A stretch of DNA of 64,000 nucleotides from Octopus sinensis (lineage: Eukaryota): NCBI RefSeq assembly GCF_006345805.1, contig NC_043008.1:40734001-40798000 (forward strand). The letters run 5' to 3'. The stretch's first letter is position 1. Every line of letters begins with the position of its first letter. The position numbers and the translations under genes were made by a program. The notes below the pieces were generated by a model, which saw nothing but the letters and a program-made list of their open reading frames with translations, had not been told where the DNA came from and ran no database searches. Of the stretch, positions 38,407-51,690 are shown piece after piece.

Positions 38407-39270
38407 ATACACGATCCATTCATCTTCTCCACCTACATATTATATACCTACTAGCAGGTGAACTAATAATGATGGTGAGGATTGTGGACCTCAGAAAAAC
38501 GAGAAATAAATATGAAATAATCAGAGTAGATAAATTGATAGCAAACTGTAGAGAAACGCCGACTGCAAAGATTGATAACAATAGCAATACTCAACAAAAA
38601 ATATTAAACAACTAAATATTTTTTGAAATAATGCATTATGAATGGACATACATTATTTTGATAAAGATGATACTATTAATCTGGCTTCTACTTATATAAT
38701 GTTTCCTCGAAAACATCGCAGACATCCACATATATGCCTATGTGTGTGTATGGATGTGTGTGTGTGTATGCATATGTGCTTATATTTATTTATCTAAGCG
38801 TGGTTTGAGCTGGTGTTTAATTATTATAGAAGAAGTAATCTCGTTTAGATTAAGTTCACTTGTGGCAGATTTCAAACGTTTTCGAATTTACATCAATGGG
38901 GAAAAACTTTTGCAGAGCAAACAAGTATATTTTCTTTCTAAACATTAGGAAATTTTTGAAGTTTGTAGTTGTTTGTGACCACGAATGTCGCTACTTGGTT
39001 CGTTAGCAAGGCATAACTTGAGGCTTATATATTCAGTAACATGCAAAATTTTACACATATCTTATAAAGAGAGAAGATCGCATGAAGATCGTAGTTTAAT
39101 AGTCGTTCAAATGTTGTTTTTCTCTTTCTTATTTTCATTCAAAATATTTGATTGTTCTGCAAGAGCGAAAATAGAGAGAGGAAAATATTTCTTACATTCA
39201 GATTAATCTATCATTATATATATATATATATATATATTTATATACGATCCATCCATCTTCTCCACCTACA
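38285..39270. repeat. Local direct duplication of ~130-150 bp (38285-38437 and 39143-39270) enclosing a (TA)n
   Basis: aatatttgattgttctgcaagagcgaaaatagag...tacattcag(g/a)ttaatctatcatt(TA)n cgatccat(t/c)catcttctccacctaca occurs twice. Confidence 0.93.
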
Positions 39271-40040
39271 GTCCCTAGGTGGGGCGTCTGGATACAGTCC
39301 TTAGGTACTTCCTCCATGAAAGCCAATCAGAACCAGCTGTCATTAGATTTTTCCCGCTGGTTTTCTAAGCACGACCAAATGAAATTACGGGTATTATCGA
39401 AATGTCTCATTCTTACCTACCCCAACATCTCCCGTCGGCTGGATTGACAAAAAAGAATTAGTCTTGCAATACTTTCCTGTGACATTGCAATCACGTCCGT
39501 AGTACCGGACCTTCGACCTCTCAATGAAATTATGAGCGGCTTGACTTGAAGAGGCTTCCTAAACTTCGAACTACGCACATTGTGAAGTAACTTGTATCCA
39601 GGAATCCTGAAAGGAACCCAATTCCGGCCACTTCTGTTCCCGATCTTATTTTTTCAGTCATTACGCTACATTCATTACCAAAGTTAAGGATAGGTACGAA
39701 AATCGATGTGAATATACGGATTTTACGGAATTCTCGGCTTCGGAAGAATAAACGCTGGAACTGGTGAATGATGGTGCTACCCACTGCAATTCTAGAATCC
39801 GGTTCCCTCACTCATGAATACTCCCTGAAGATACATCTCCACATGTCTGGTGTTCCACTAACATTGAGAGTGCACTGGGAAACTTTCTGGAGAAGACCAA
39901 TACCTCAGCCTTCGCCGCAATAAATATCGCTCTCCCTCGCAGCATTCGACATCGAACCCGCAGACTGTATGCTGGAGGTCACCTGCTGATGAACTAAAGA
40001 ACACTATATCGTCTGTAAATAACAACTGACCGACCGTGCG
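39271..40040 (-). mobile_element. RTE-clade LINE 3' fragment
   Basis: Minus strand: QLLFTDDIVFFSSSAGDLQ (FADD), ...IFTSIFVPILNFGNECSVMTEKIRS..., 3' RPRG-like end near 39280. Confidence 0.85.
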
Positions 40041-41539
40041 CACACCATTTGTGCGTGAGATGCCTTCACGGAATAATGTAGGTATTTTTGCGTTAATTAT
40101 TATAAATTTTTGTCTTTTGCTTCTATCTATCTATCTTTCTATCTCTCCCACGATCACCATGGAATAGGACATTGTTCAAACTTCTGTCAATGTTCCTCAA
40201 GAGAAATATAAAAGAAAATTTATTTAGAATGTATTAAATTAAGAAAATTGAAGTAAAGTCAGTCTTCTGCGCATTGGTGTCAAAATTGGTCAACGAATCG
40301 GATACAAACCTGCCTGAGATGGCAGGTTGTTATATAATACAAATTTCCTAACCTAATACGACTTGAATTGAAATCTCGTGTCAAATTTTTCTTCAATATA
40401 TTAGTTTAAAAATGGCAAAGCTATTATATTAAGTTTTTTGTCATCCTCGAAATTGCTGAAACGCCTTTTGTGTAATCCAATACAAATATTGTATGCGAAG
40501 TGTAAGTTTTTTTTTTTATACACTATAAACGATTACAATTTTACTAACACAGACCATCACTAATCTCCCTGCATGTTTTTACTTCTCTACATATACGCCC
40601 AAGTTCACATGCAAATATATATGCGTTGGTTAATGTGTGTGATTATGTATGTACTTGTTATACGGGTGTGCTTGCATACTCGTCATTGTCTGTTTATTTT
40701 ACAAGCATGAAATATTTTAAAATTCTGCAAAAAAGTACATAAGTTACATGGAGTCGATGTGAAATAATTGAATTCATATTCTTGTCATGAATATCGGTGT
40801 TTCTTTCTAATGGTAACCAGATCAATAATATAAAATTCAAATTACCGGATGGTTAGAATCGTATATTGTCGTTGTTTTCAGTTTCTTTTCATGATTGGAG
40901 CTTCTTAAGAAATAGGAATTCTTTCTTTTATTTTTTTGTCTTGCTACAGTCTTCTTAACATGAAACATAAGTAGCTATATTTGCAACTATTCATAAAATT
41001 CCATTAAGAACAGTTATTTTCTACAGTATTAATGCTTTATTAATAAACATTAGTTTCATTCTTTACTGGGAAATTTTAACATCATTTTGCTTTCACTTTC
41101 CTTCTCCTCATTCGAATAATAATCGCTTCTAGGTAAGACTGCAGGATATAGGTTTCGCAAAGGGGTCACATGATACTATATCAATTTGTTTCCATTTTTA
41201 GCACTTGCACATGTATTTTTCACTCTGGCCTTGTAATCTCTTCGTATCTCTTCGAAGTCATACAGAAAGATTTTCAGAGTGTTCTGTCCAAGTTGATGAC
41301 ATTTTCTAATGCCATCAGTTTGGTGTTTAGTGAAAGATAACAGTGTTGGAGGCCATAAAGATTACAGTTATTGTTGAGAAAATATTATCTGACATGAAAG
41401 ACTGGAAGGCCTCTGCATATTGGAAAACAGTTACCTGCATCATCCTGATTCGAGCTGGAGATCAAAATGCCGTTATTATGACTGGTACTTAATACTCCAT
41501 GAAGAATGAAAAGTCTGTAAGGGTTGACATGGATACTTG

Positions 41540-42118
41540 CACCGGAGACTATGGAATCGTGTCTAGTAGGAACGGAGACGCGAAATTTCGGGCTGTGTCC
41601 TCACTCACGAACTGATCTCCACTTCGGTGAATAGGGCCTTAGACTCAATCCTGATGTATGTATGAAGTTGTTGAGACCAGAAGTTGGCTGGAGACGGTTG
41701 ATGTCTGAAGGCCATGTTTGCGGCGCTTTGCCCTACTTTCGGAACGTATCAAAGATGAATTTTTACGTATTTACCAGTGCCAATTTCTAGCTTCCTAAAT
41801 CCTTGAATTGTAATCCCATAGATTAATATAAGTGAGGCATAGTTGATAACGACAGCAACTGCCCTGCCTGTGACACTAAGGGTGATTTGTGACCGAGATC
41901 ATCGTGTTCGAAGATCTACTCAAGAAAACAGAGAAGTACACATACATCATGTTCTGGGACCGTCTTGAACACGAGGGTGAAGGTGAAGTCGGTTAAATTG
42001 AATAAACAATTAACTCTGTGTCATAATGTAGATAATAAATAATGTTTTTTTTTAATATTTCATTTATGTGTTTTCGTTTTCTTTGACAAATTCTCTCAAA
42101 TTTAGTCCGAACACCCTG
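41540..42118 (+). mobile_element. Tc1/mariner (maT/DD37D-like) 3' fragment
   Basis: Decayed GIVSSRNGD, GLRLNPD.., NCNPID*YK*GIV (SPDCNPLDY..WG); ends tccgaacaccctg-TA, a TACAGGGTG-type TIR. Confidence 0.7.
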
Positions 42119-42593
42119 TATTTCAGGTGATGACTTCAGAGGATAATAGTCATATTGTGACTGTTACCGTATAAAACAAGTAATTCCTGAAATGTGAACC
42201 ATTTAAGTGGAGAAACCCTGTAGATCCAAGTATCTGCAATGCCAAACATCATGTTAAGTCTTTCTCTGCATTTAGTTAAGACATTTTATGTTAATAATCA
42301 CCTGACTTTTATGTTATATACGATATTTACACTTAGTAATTTTTTTCAGCCGATTCAAATGCTATGCGATCTTCTATACGAGCCATTCGATGTCAAGAGC
42401 ACAAAATGATGTATACAGATGTTTGCCCGTTTGAATGTCTACTACCGAGATTTTCATTTCTGAAAGCTCCTTTCCAAAGAATTGTCGCTACCACCTAGCT
42501 CAGACCAACTATACTTTGCTTAATTAGAATCACAAAAATCATTTTCTTAGAGTTATCGATGTGTATCGCATAACATATCCTATTCCTCACATA

Positions 42594-43513
42594 CAATGTA
42601 GTATGTAAAAGTTCTAAGACTAGTTCTGTAGCACGACAAAAGATGGCAGCACACGGTTGCGTGTGCCTTGAGATTTAACAGTGGCGTTTTGTGAAGCAGC
42701 GTACCGAATGAGAGCAAAGTGTTTATTTCACAAGTTGTGAAATTTGCATTTTTTTTTATCACGTGTATGCTGTTGTCTACGAGCTTTGACATGGGCAGGA
42801 AGTTGGAACAAAGAGCTAACGTGAAAGTTTGCGTTAAACTTCGGATGTCTGCTACAGAGACATTAAGCATGGTTCAGCAAGCTTATGGCAACAAGGGAAC
42901 GGGTCGTACGCACTATTTCTAGTGGCATAGGCGCTTCAGAATTGGAAGCACATCCCTGAAAGACGATGACTGGTCTAGAAAACCTGTCACAGGAGTCACC
43001 ACCGGAAATGTGGTATTGTTCATCAGGAATTCGTTGCCCAGTGTCAGATCGTTTATCGAGAGTTCTACTGTGACGTTTTAAAGCGTTTCAGGGAGAACAT
43101 TCGACGAAAGCGAACGGATCTGTACAGCGCGATGAATGGGGTTCATCACGAGGGCAAAAACACTCGGCCACTGAACATTCCTCAATCGTGAGTTTCTCTC
43201 AAGACAATACGGTATCGCTTCCTGCACCCGTCCTATTCATTATACTTAGCACCTACGGACTTCTATCTCTTCCCCAAGATGAAAATACACCTCAATGGTC
43301 CCTGTTTTAAAGACCATTGTCGAAATATAAAGCGAATGGGAGAAGGTCCTCGACTCGATTACGGAAAAGAACTTCCAAAAGTGTTAGGAACACTGAGACA
43401 GTTGTATTGCTGTGCAAGATGACAATTTTTAAAGGAGACGGGGCTAAAACTTTGGGAAATAAGTATTTTTACATTAAATATAACTAGTCCAGGAATTTTT
43501 TGATACCACCTCA
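42594..43513 (+). mobile_element. Internally deleted mariner transposon (920 bp)
   Basis: KLEQRANVKVCVKL..SATETLSMVQQAYG, WHRRF...SLKDD, HPSYSLYLAPTDFYLFPKMK; right TIR ctagtccaggaattttttgataccacctca-TA; degenerate left TIR TA-caatgtagtatgtaaaagttctaagactag. Confidence 0.92.
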
Positions 43514-44094
43514 TATATATTAGTGTTTAAGGTATTATTGTTGTTTATGATACAAATATAAAGGATAGGTTACATGTAAATGAAGTTACAATAAAGATAT
43601 AAAGATACGGATTACTTAGCACAGTTTGTTGCATTAGTTGTGAAGATTTATTATTGATTATGCCCATGGTGGAGCAGACCTATGACGAAAACGCTTCAGT
43701 TGTGAAAACCACGTCTTTATCTGCATCAGCTACTACATTCCAGTACAGCCTTCTTAATCGAGTGGTTAGGTGATTTTATTGTTATTTCTAACCGAGCGAA
43801 TGATATTGTTGTGTTTCCCAATGATTTGTGTTGGCACTGTTGGACTAGTAGTAGTAGTACTGATAATGATAGCTATGATTCTAGTGGTGTTGGAAATGGT
43901 AATAGTGATGACGATAATGATGATGGTGTTTGTGGAGATGATGATGTTGAAGGTATAAGCTCCACTTATATGATTATTCCCACGTGGTGAATGAATTAAA
44001 GTGCAGCAATATATATAAAGGAAGAAAAACGTACACAGTTTAAATCGTTTCGATATATTTTTAATATATTTTATAAGTGAAAGAGTACTGTGTT

Positions 44095-44127
44095 TGTCGA
44101 CCGGTTTCGCGTTCACTAATTATGACA
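44095..44127 (-). ncRNA. Degenerate minimal hammerhead ribozyme in Penelope pseudo-LTR
   Basis: tgtc ATAATTA gt gaac gc GAAA ccg GTC gaca: stem I, short stem II, GAAA and palindromic ACCGGT retained; CUGAUGA core mutated. Confidence 0.55.
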
Positions 44128-45535
44128 TTGAAAGTACTGTAATTTCGTATGTTCTGAAGAAGATTTTGTCCATGATCTTGGAAAGGAGTATGCAAATGAA
44201 TCAACAATTAGGAAAATCTAAGGGTGGTAATCGGCAATCCTTATTTTTCGGGACAAGGAAGGTAATTGTTCACTTTTTTGTTGTGGGGGGTGTGGATAAA
44301 TAAATTAAGAAAGACACAAAAGCTAAAGTTGTGAGATGAAATATGTACACTGATGGGTATGCGATCATGAATTAAAATATATACTGAGACGAGAGTTGGT
44401 TATACGTTCATTATTTAGGCGCGTTGTGTATTTTTTCGATAAATAAATTCACTTTATTTAAACGTTCTTGTACAAAAATTGTTTCTTGTACTGGTAGATG
44501 GGGAAAACTGTAAAGTTTTGTTGCATACTATCTGCATATCACTGTATGTGTTCACTCAAATGTATCTGTCGGTACTTTAGGAAAATGATCCATCCTTTAT
44601 GTAGGTTTGTTCTACGCACAAATGCTATATTTATCTGTCCGACGTTTATATGTCCATAACTTTACATGTTACAATATAAATTAGTTTCTCGGAGGCACAA
44701 GGGGAGTTAGTTTTACTTGTGGGCTTCTAACTGTGTTTGAATACGAATTCCGAACCTTCCAGTAGGTTGGAGTATATTACACAGTTTGGACGTCCACGTT
44801 TTCTAACCATTGGTTTCGTGGTTGTTGAGTAAAGTTTCGCATTTGTCATACGCCTTTTCAACGATTTGTGTTGCTTTTTACATTTGATGTATTTATGTGT
44901 TTTCAGAATGCTGTGTATTTTTGGATCTCTAGTGAGCGGAGGTAGACTTTGTACAATAGTGTTGTATGCCTTATTATTCTTATGGTCGTGAGTTGATATA
45001 TACGGTAGTATTTTGAGATGAGGTGTAGTGCTACCTTTTTCTTTTAGTATTTTAATGCCTAATTTCTTGGCACGCATAATTCTATCATCTATAAATGAAA
45101 GTGGATAACGTCTCTCGGAATTGTTCTGACGTATTTCCATCAAGCACTATTGTTCATATCCTTTTCGCTAAATTAAAGGGAATATCTCCTTTGATGTGTT
45201 TCGTGTGGCATGAGCTAAACAAACTATTACTTGTAATCCAATGGTTTATGATAAATGTCATTTACAAGTTTGTTGTTGACTTTTTAAAATCCTGATATCT
45301 AAGAAAGGGAACTGTTCTTTGCTATATTCCACTGTAAATTGAATGTTAGGTTTTATATTATTTAGTATTGATTTAAAGTCCAAAATATTTATCAATAGTC
45401 TCATCAAAAATGACAAAATATTCATCCAGATATCGTTCCTAATTCTCCTTTATGTAATGAGTAAATGGATATCCATATCTGTGCAATGACACTTCATATA
45501 TGGCGAAGGGAAATATGAAACTACAAAACTTTCAA

Positions 45536-45568
45536 TGTCATGATTAGTGAAAGCTAAACCGGTCGACA
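45536..45568 (+). ncRNA. Degenerate minimal hammerhead ribozyme in inverted Penelope repeat
   Basis: tgtc ATGATTA gt gaaa gc TAAA ccg GTC gaca. Confidence 0.55.
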
Positions 45569-46999
45569 AACATAATACTCTTTTACTTATTAAATATAGT
45601 TAAAACATATATTAAAACTATGTAAACTACATGCACTTCCATTCTTTTATATACGTGTGTGTTTGTGTTTGTATATATATATATATATATATATATATAC
45701 TTCAGTTGAAGTAAGATTTAAAAAGACAAATAATTTTTAAAATACGCATCTAGAAACCCAGATTCATTCTTATAAGCCCATATGTGGGGTGCTAGTTCTT
45801 GCAGGTCCGTTATATATCTTAATCTTTCGTATGCATATATGTGAAGCTGGCAGTCCTGTTACCGAAGATATCCACACATATAAAATAGAAGTTGATCATT
45901 TTATACATCATAGACAAGCGATATTTCGTTAGGATTTGCTAGCAAAAAAGTACTAATAACCAATAGGCATCTAATAGTCACCTTTTCCACTTTGTAGTAC
46001 GATGCAAACACGTTAATAAAAACTTGTGTCAGAAGTTATGGTTGTTGCTGCTTTTTATCCCAAGTCAGTTCTGGTTAAGTGAACGTATAATCAGAGAAGC
46101 ATTTCAAAACAGAGCTCCCAGCATTTATATGTATGTAACTAAACCGCTACAGAGCTGCATTATTTTCTTTCTTTTTGACTTATGGTCGCGTGGCAGTTCC
46201 AACTAGTTTGTTACTCGGTCGGATATATCGGAGAAATATTCAATAGCTGTGACATTGGTGATTTGATGTCGGCAATATATGTTCAGAAACAATATTGGAA
46301 AGCAAATACGTATTGTAGACAACAGTATAATACAAGGCTGTTAGATTTATGAAGATATATTCATCTTACATGTAAAGGCAATGCGTTGTCAAAGGACGAA
46401 ATGAAAAGAAATTAAAAATAGCAAATGTAGCAATCAAGCAATAGTGATTCCGATTCAGTTAGTAATTACCAGATTATGCAAGGCAAAGTTCACACACACT
46501 TTTATCAATCTATAAATTATTTATACACCCTACGTATTTAGTTATTATTCCGACGGTACACATACAAACACGCAAGTATTAGTAGATCGAATATATACGC
46601 AAATCTTCTCATAAAGGAAAACTCAGTCGATGTGAAATTATTTCTTTTGTTCCTTTTCATTGCGTAACCGAACCTTTATATATCTACTTATCGGATACAT
46701 AGTGGTATTTGCTTTTCTTCCAATGTTGTCGAGAATTCTGAACTCCAAATATATGCAGTATATTTCGTGAATCTGATGTATATGTCAAAGTTTTACTTAT
46801 TTGTGTATATACGATACGCGTATCGTTTAAAACAATCTTAAAGAACATATTACTATAGGAAGTGTTTCCTTGCTATACACTCCTAAACGATACTGATGCC
46901 GAATAATCAGGCACGGAAAAGTACATACGACAGTAGAGGCTAGTAGTAACTATTCCAGATAGTGTTTAGCTATTCTCACTAAAAAAATCTCTCAAGTTT

Positions 47000-47900
47000 A
47001 CATAACTGTGTAAAACTGTTCTGCAAGACCAGTATTTAATGAGAAACCGAAATACAGTGGTAATAAGAAAGGAGGGAGGAAAGTGGGGATCGGTATGTAC
47101 TGTCCTATTGTATGATTACCGTAGAAAATGTAAACTGCTCTATTAGCACATGGTATGCATAGCATTTTTGATGAGAATTCACTGCCAGAAGAGCAAAAGA
47201 GATGCAGAAAGAAGTAAAAATGATCTGTAATTCTGTGCATTGATAACATTATATAAACGCGGAATGAATATGAAAGAACGTTACTGTTGGCTGGGTAGAC
47301 TACAAAATATTTACGACAGTCTTCCACGGTGCTGGCACTTCGTACCCGTGAGGATGTTGTTGGTTAATGAGAAGATAAGTAATTTTTTCTTAGTAAAGGT
47401 AACGAAGTCGTATGAATTAGGACTAACTTACGCCAATGAACCACCCTGGAATATCACATGGCGATATTCTTCGGAAATTCACACTTTCTACTACTTTCGT
47501 CATTACAATAAAACATTTGGAAAGTATACTGAGTTTATGAAAGCGAGGGGCACATAAATACCACTACATACGGAAGAACTTAAACAGTCTACCAAATGTG
47601 AAAATTAACTTGATTCATTTATCCAATGAGAAAAAGTATGTAGTAAGGTTATTGGGATGCAGTTTGCGGTAAATGAGAGAACAATTATTTGTGAAAAGAG
47701 ACCGAAATATTGTAATACAATCAGATCGTTCAGAAATATCGAGGAACACAAGTACGATGACATGATAATGGAAGAAGAAATGAGAGAGAAAATCTCAAAA
47801 GATGGCAGATCTTCACAGCGATTAAATGGGACCAGTCATTAAGAATGGTCCATTTATCCTTTCTGATGAATTAACATAATGTTCTTCCGTAATATGCATA
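47000..47900 (+). mobile_element. R4/Dong-like LINE reverse transcriptase fragment
   Basis: DENSLPEEQKRCRKK...LCIDNII and a decayed W.DY..AYDS.PH.W (tgggtagactacaaaatatttacgacagtcttccacggtgctgg). Confidence 0.7.
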
Positions 47901-47959
47901 TTTTCACTTTTCGGGTAGACGCAACTGTGGCTGTTAACTGAACCATTTAATTTATATGT

Positions 47960-48320
47960 ATTCTCATGATTTCAAGCAGACTGTCGGAAACTGTTCATCT
48001 TGGTGTGATGATCTTGACCAAAGAGCGCGTCTATGGGAATGGAACTTGCCAAGATGAACACTTTCAAACACATCAGTGTAACAATACGTTTCTAGTAACC
48101 TTTCTCGCTTTGTGAAGCTCATCGCTGTCCTCGACCTTCCAGACGGGTTCTGGGGGTCTTTTAGAACGATTACATCTACTTCAAACACATCTCTAATTTG
48201 AGTGATGTGAAGTCCCGTAGGAAGATATTTGAAGCTCTAACCTAAGATATATCTGCCTTTCAACTGCGTTTGCCAGCCTCCAGTACATTTTAGAGCATAT
48301 TTCCTTTCTTAAATATGCTC
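47960..48320 (-). mobile_element. LINE apurinic endonuclease-like fragment
   Basis: Minus ORF ...DVIVLKDP...RERLLETYC...HRRALWSRS... resembles the APE motif GD.NA / NG.RLL..C / H..TW.S. Confidence 0.5.
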
Positions 48321-48829
48321 TAAAACGTTTTTCTTCTTTTATATATATTGCTGCATTGCAACTCACCACGTGGGAATAATCATATAAGTGCAGCTAATAC
48401 CTTCAACATCATCATCTCCGCAAACACAATCAACATTATCGTCATCATTATTACCATTTACAGCACCACTATAAACACAGCATTCATTATCAGTACTACT
48501 ACTACTAGTCCAACAGTGCCAACACTAATCAGTGGGAAACACAACAAAGCCATTCGCTCTGTTAGACATAATAATCAAATCACTTAGCCACTCGATTAAG
48601 AAGGCTGTACTGGAATGCTGTAGTTAATAACTGATTTACATTTCATTTCTCTTTGATATGATGAAAGCAGAATGGCTAACGTTTCTTTAAGAAATATGCG
48701 TCCTTTTGGGACGAGCCTGTTTATGTCAGCGTGCGTTTGTGCTTTTGTGAGTGTGTTTGTGTGTATGTGTGGGTGTGTTTGTGTATATGTCAGCATGTTC
48801 TAAACAGTCTTTCCATCTCTAGAATTTTT

Positions 48830-49800
48830 TCTACACTATTCTTCAAGGATGCAAAACTGTGTTAACTAAGTTTTCCTTCCAAGACGATCCAAGATCACGT
48901 ACACTAACACATCCCACTCTAATATCATCATTTTGAACGTAGACTTGTGGAAAGACGGATAATCAGATTTCCCCCCTGAAGTAGGGTTTCTTAAGAGATC
49001 CACAAATGTGGAAAGTGCTTTGCTTTACAACAATGTGATTTTCGTCTTCGGCAATGATCTCCGTTTTTCTTCTTGGCTCATCTACCGACATATCACTCTG
49101 TAGTATTCTCTTCTTGAATCTTGGGAATCGATAACATATAGGAGGTGGGAAATAAAGTCGGGTTGAATGGCGTGTGTATCATTGGATTTCTGCTCTTTGT
49201 GAGGCAGAGCAGTTTTGCGAAGCGTCTTTGATGCTGGAGCCTCTGTTACTGTTGACAGAATTGTGGTCATAATGTTGGCTCCAATACAGATTTCATCATG
49301 CTCTCAGTGAGAAAAGTAAGTGTTCAAATTTTAGGTGCTATCATACGTATGGCAACTAAGCTGTCTCCATTTTACCCTAACTCTCATTTGATCGTCTAAT
49401 GTCCACTTAATACAGCCAAGGATTGATTGAAAAACTTCCGATGGTACTAAATTCTGGAACTTGAAATTAACCTCTGATTAGTTCTGGAGATTTAAGGACT
49501 TACTTTATATTTCTTTTGTCTCTCTAAATTCATCTAATAGCATTTCTCCGTATAAGACCTCATGGTCTGTGACCTGGATCACCTGTTTTCTGCCGTTGTA
49601 GGAGGAGTTAATCATCCCGAATTGACTTCCCACAAAATTAAAACAAACTCCTCCTAGCATTTTCTTTGATGGTCATGATACCAGATAAGGACGGAATATT
49701 TTCCCTTCATATTCTTCCTCACGCTTCTGTGACGTGGGTTGTTTTTCCTTAGACACAGGATTGCCCCCTTTACTAATTTTGAAGACAGATACATTTTAAA
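48830..49800 (-). mobile_element. Highly decayed non-LTR RT fragment (clade uncertain)
   Basis: Minus strand: PTLFPTSY...YVGR*AK (P.LF..Y...YADD.K) and VSVRDLG. Confidence 0.5.
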
Positions 49801-50672
49801 CAATCGAATGAGTCTGCTTTCTTTCAAACATTTGCAGGATGCTTTCTAAACGCATCTTTGAGTTTAAAATGGTGTATGGCCAGAAAAGCGTAGTAAAGGA
49901 AGGTTATTTTCTTCAGCTAATAATGTTAGCAAAACCGACTGTGTTCGTAGCCATGGTAATTACCATAGACGTCCTGATATTTGCAGTGATAGTGCTGGTG
50001 TTCGTAATGATAGTAGACGTTTTGTTGTTGCCGTTAATTCTATTAAGTTTCCAGTATTCCTTTTCAATGATCTTGTTGTTGTTGTTGTTGTTCTTTTTAT
50101 TATTATTTGTCGCGGTGATGTTTTGCTTTCCTTCCTGTTGTCAGCGATGTTAATGTGCTTTTGCTTTTTACGTCATCTTTATTTCTTTTAGCTTGATATG
50201 AAGTGTATTGGCAGCGGCGGTAGTGGTGGTCGTCGTCGTTGTGACCGTCGCCGTCGTCTTCGTGGTGATTGATTAATTAATTCAGTCTAATGTTATTGCT
50301 CTTATTTTTAAAAATTGTTGCAGTGTCATTGGTTACCGAGCTGGTACTGTTTTGGTTCCTTGCCGTTATTCCCGGGAATGCAGCATCAGGATTGATGTTC
50401 CCGAGAAAACTTTCCATCCTAAGGACTTGTGAAGATACCTCGATGCCATATTTTTGACAGTGATTTACAAATTGGAAGAGCATCATAAAAACATTGCAAT
50501 GACGCCCCGAAGGGCGAAAACAGACAGGGGTTGACGATCTTCTCAAAATGCAGGTCAATTAAATAAAAACGTATAACAAAAAAAAATAAATAAATAGAAT
50601 GTTTCAAACACAATTAAGAAATTTCTTCCGATATACAGAATGGAAAACATTGCGATACGAAAGAACAATACC

Positions 50673-50674
<2 letters not shown>

Positions 50675-50735
<61 letters not shown>

Positions 50736-50736
50736 G

Positions 50737-50780
<44 letters not shown>

Positions 50781-50820
50781 AATAATAATAATAATAATAA
50801 TACTAATAATGATAATAATG
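50675..50820. repeat. (AAT)n(AAC)n(AAT)n microsatellite, followed by (GAT/GGT)n to ~51060
   Basis: Directly visible; source of the poly-N/I/T ORFs. Confidence 0.97.
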
Positions 50821-51329
50821 ATCAGACGGGTAGTCATGATGGGCGTACTGGGCTTCGTATATTTTATCCCAGGGTCATTTTGATGGCATGCACTGCTCTC
50901 TCACTCAATAATAATGATAATGATAATGATAGTGGTGGTGGTAGTGATGGTAGGGAGACAGTGGTGGTGATGTTAGTGGTGGTGGTAGTGGTCTTCATAA
51001 TAATGATGATGAGGATGGTGATGATGATGATGATGAAAACAACGGCAACAATAATGCATGTAATTTCAATAACAGACGATGGGAAGTAAATAATTACAGC
51101 AAGTAAACAGAAATGGTTGATATAAATTGTATAGGTATTTATTTGATCTAATGCATATTATTATATTTTTGAGTATTTACTTAAAATGTTGATAAAATAT
51201 GAGAATATAATATCACCATTACAAGCGAAATTCAATGAAAAATATTTAAATACATTATGATTAATTGTTTCCATACTTTTTTCTGAAACAATTTAAAGTA
51301 GGTCTTGAAATGCACATATTAAGTTTGCT

Positions 51330-51344
51330 CCTGTACATATATAA

Positions 51345-51429
<85 letters not shown>

Positions 51430-51447
51430 TTAGATATGTATATATAT

Positions 51448-51493
<46 letters not shown>

Positions 51494-51529
51494 CATGTGT
51501 GTGTGTATGTAAATATATATGTATATATA

Positions 51530-51578
<49 letters not shown>

Positions 51579-51690
51579 ATACATATATATATATAAACGT
51601 AGTATTTTGGTATACATGCATACATATCTGTATGTGTCCGTAAAATGTAATTATCTATGCGAGTGTGTCTGTGTGTGTGTGTGTGCTTGT
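51330..51690. repeat. (TA)n/(GT)n microsatellite block
   Basis: Directly visible. Confidence 0.95.

Larger units (their letters stand above)
44010..45660 (-). mobile_element. Penelope-like element: RT + GIY-YIG remnant with 3' pseudo-LTR and inverted 5' repeat
   Basis: Minus strand: RYLDEYF, NIQFTVEYSKEQFPFLD, DIYHKP, SCH..HIKGDIPFNLAKRI, track ORF 44727-45143, LIYIVTC..., FTVFPIYQ. Segment 45517-45660 (+) is an inverted copy of 44010-44150. Confidence 0.92.
43722..48640. repeat. Inverted pair of ~310-bp segments (43722-44032 and 48325-48640)
   Basis: cagtacagccttcttaatcgagtgg...cccacgtggtga...gcagcaatatatataaa versus tatatatattgctgc...tcaccacgtggg...ccactcgattaagaaggctgtactg. Confidence 0.92.

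Noticed and set aside
50599-51089. Poly-N/I/T/V ORFs
   Set aside because: (AAT)n/(AAC)n/(GAT)n microsatellite translations.
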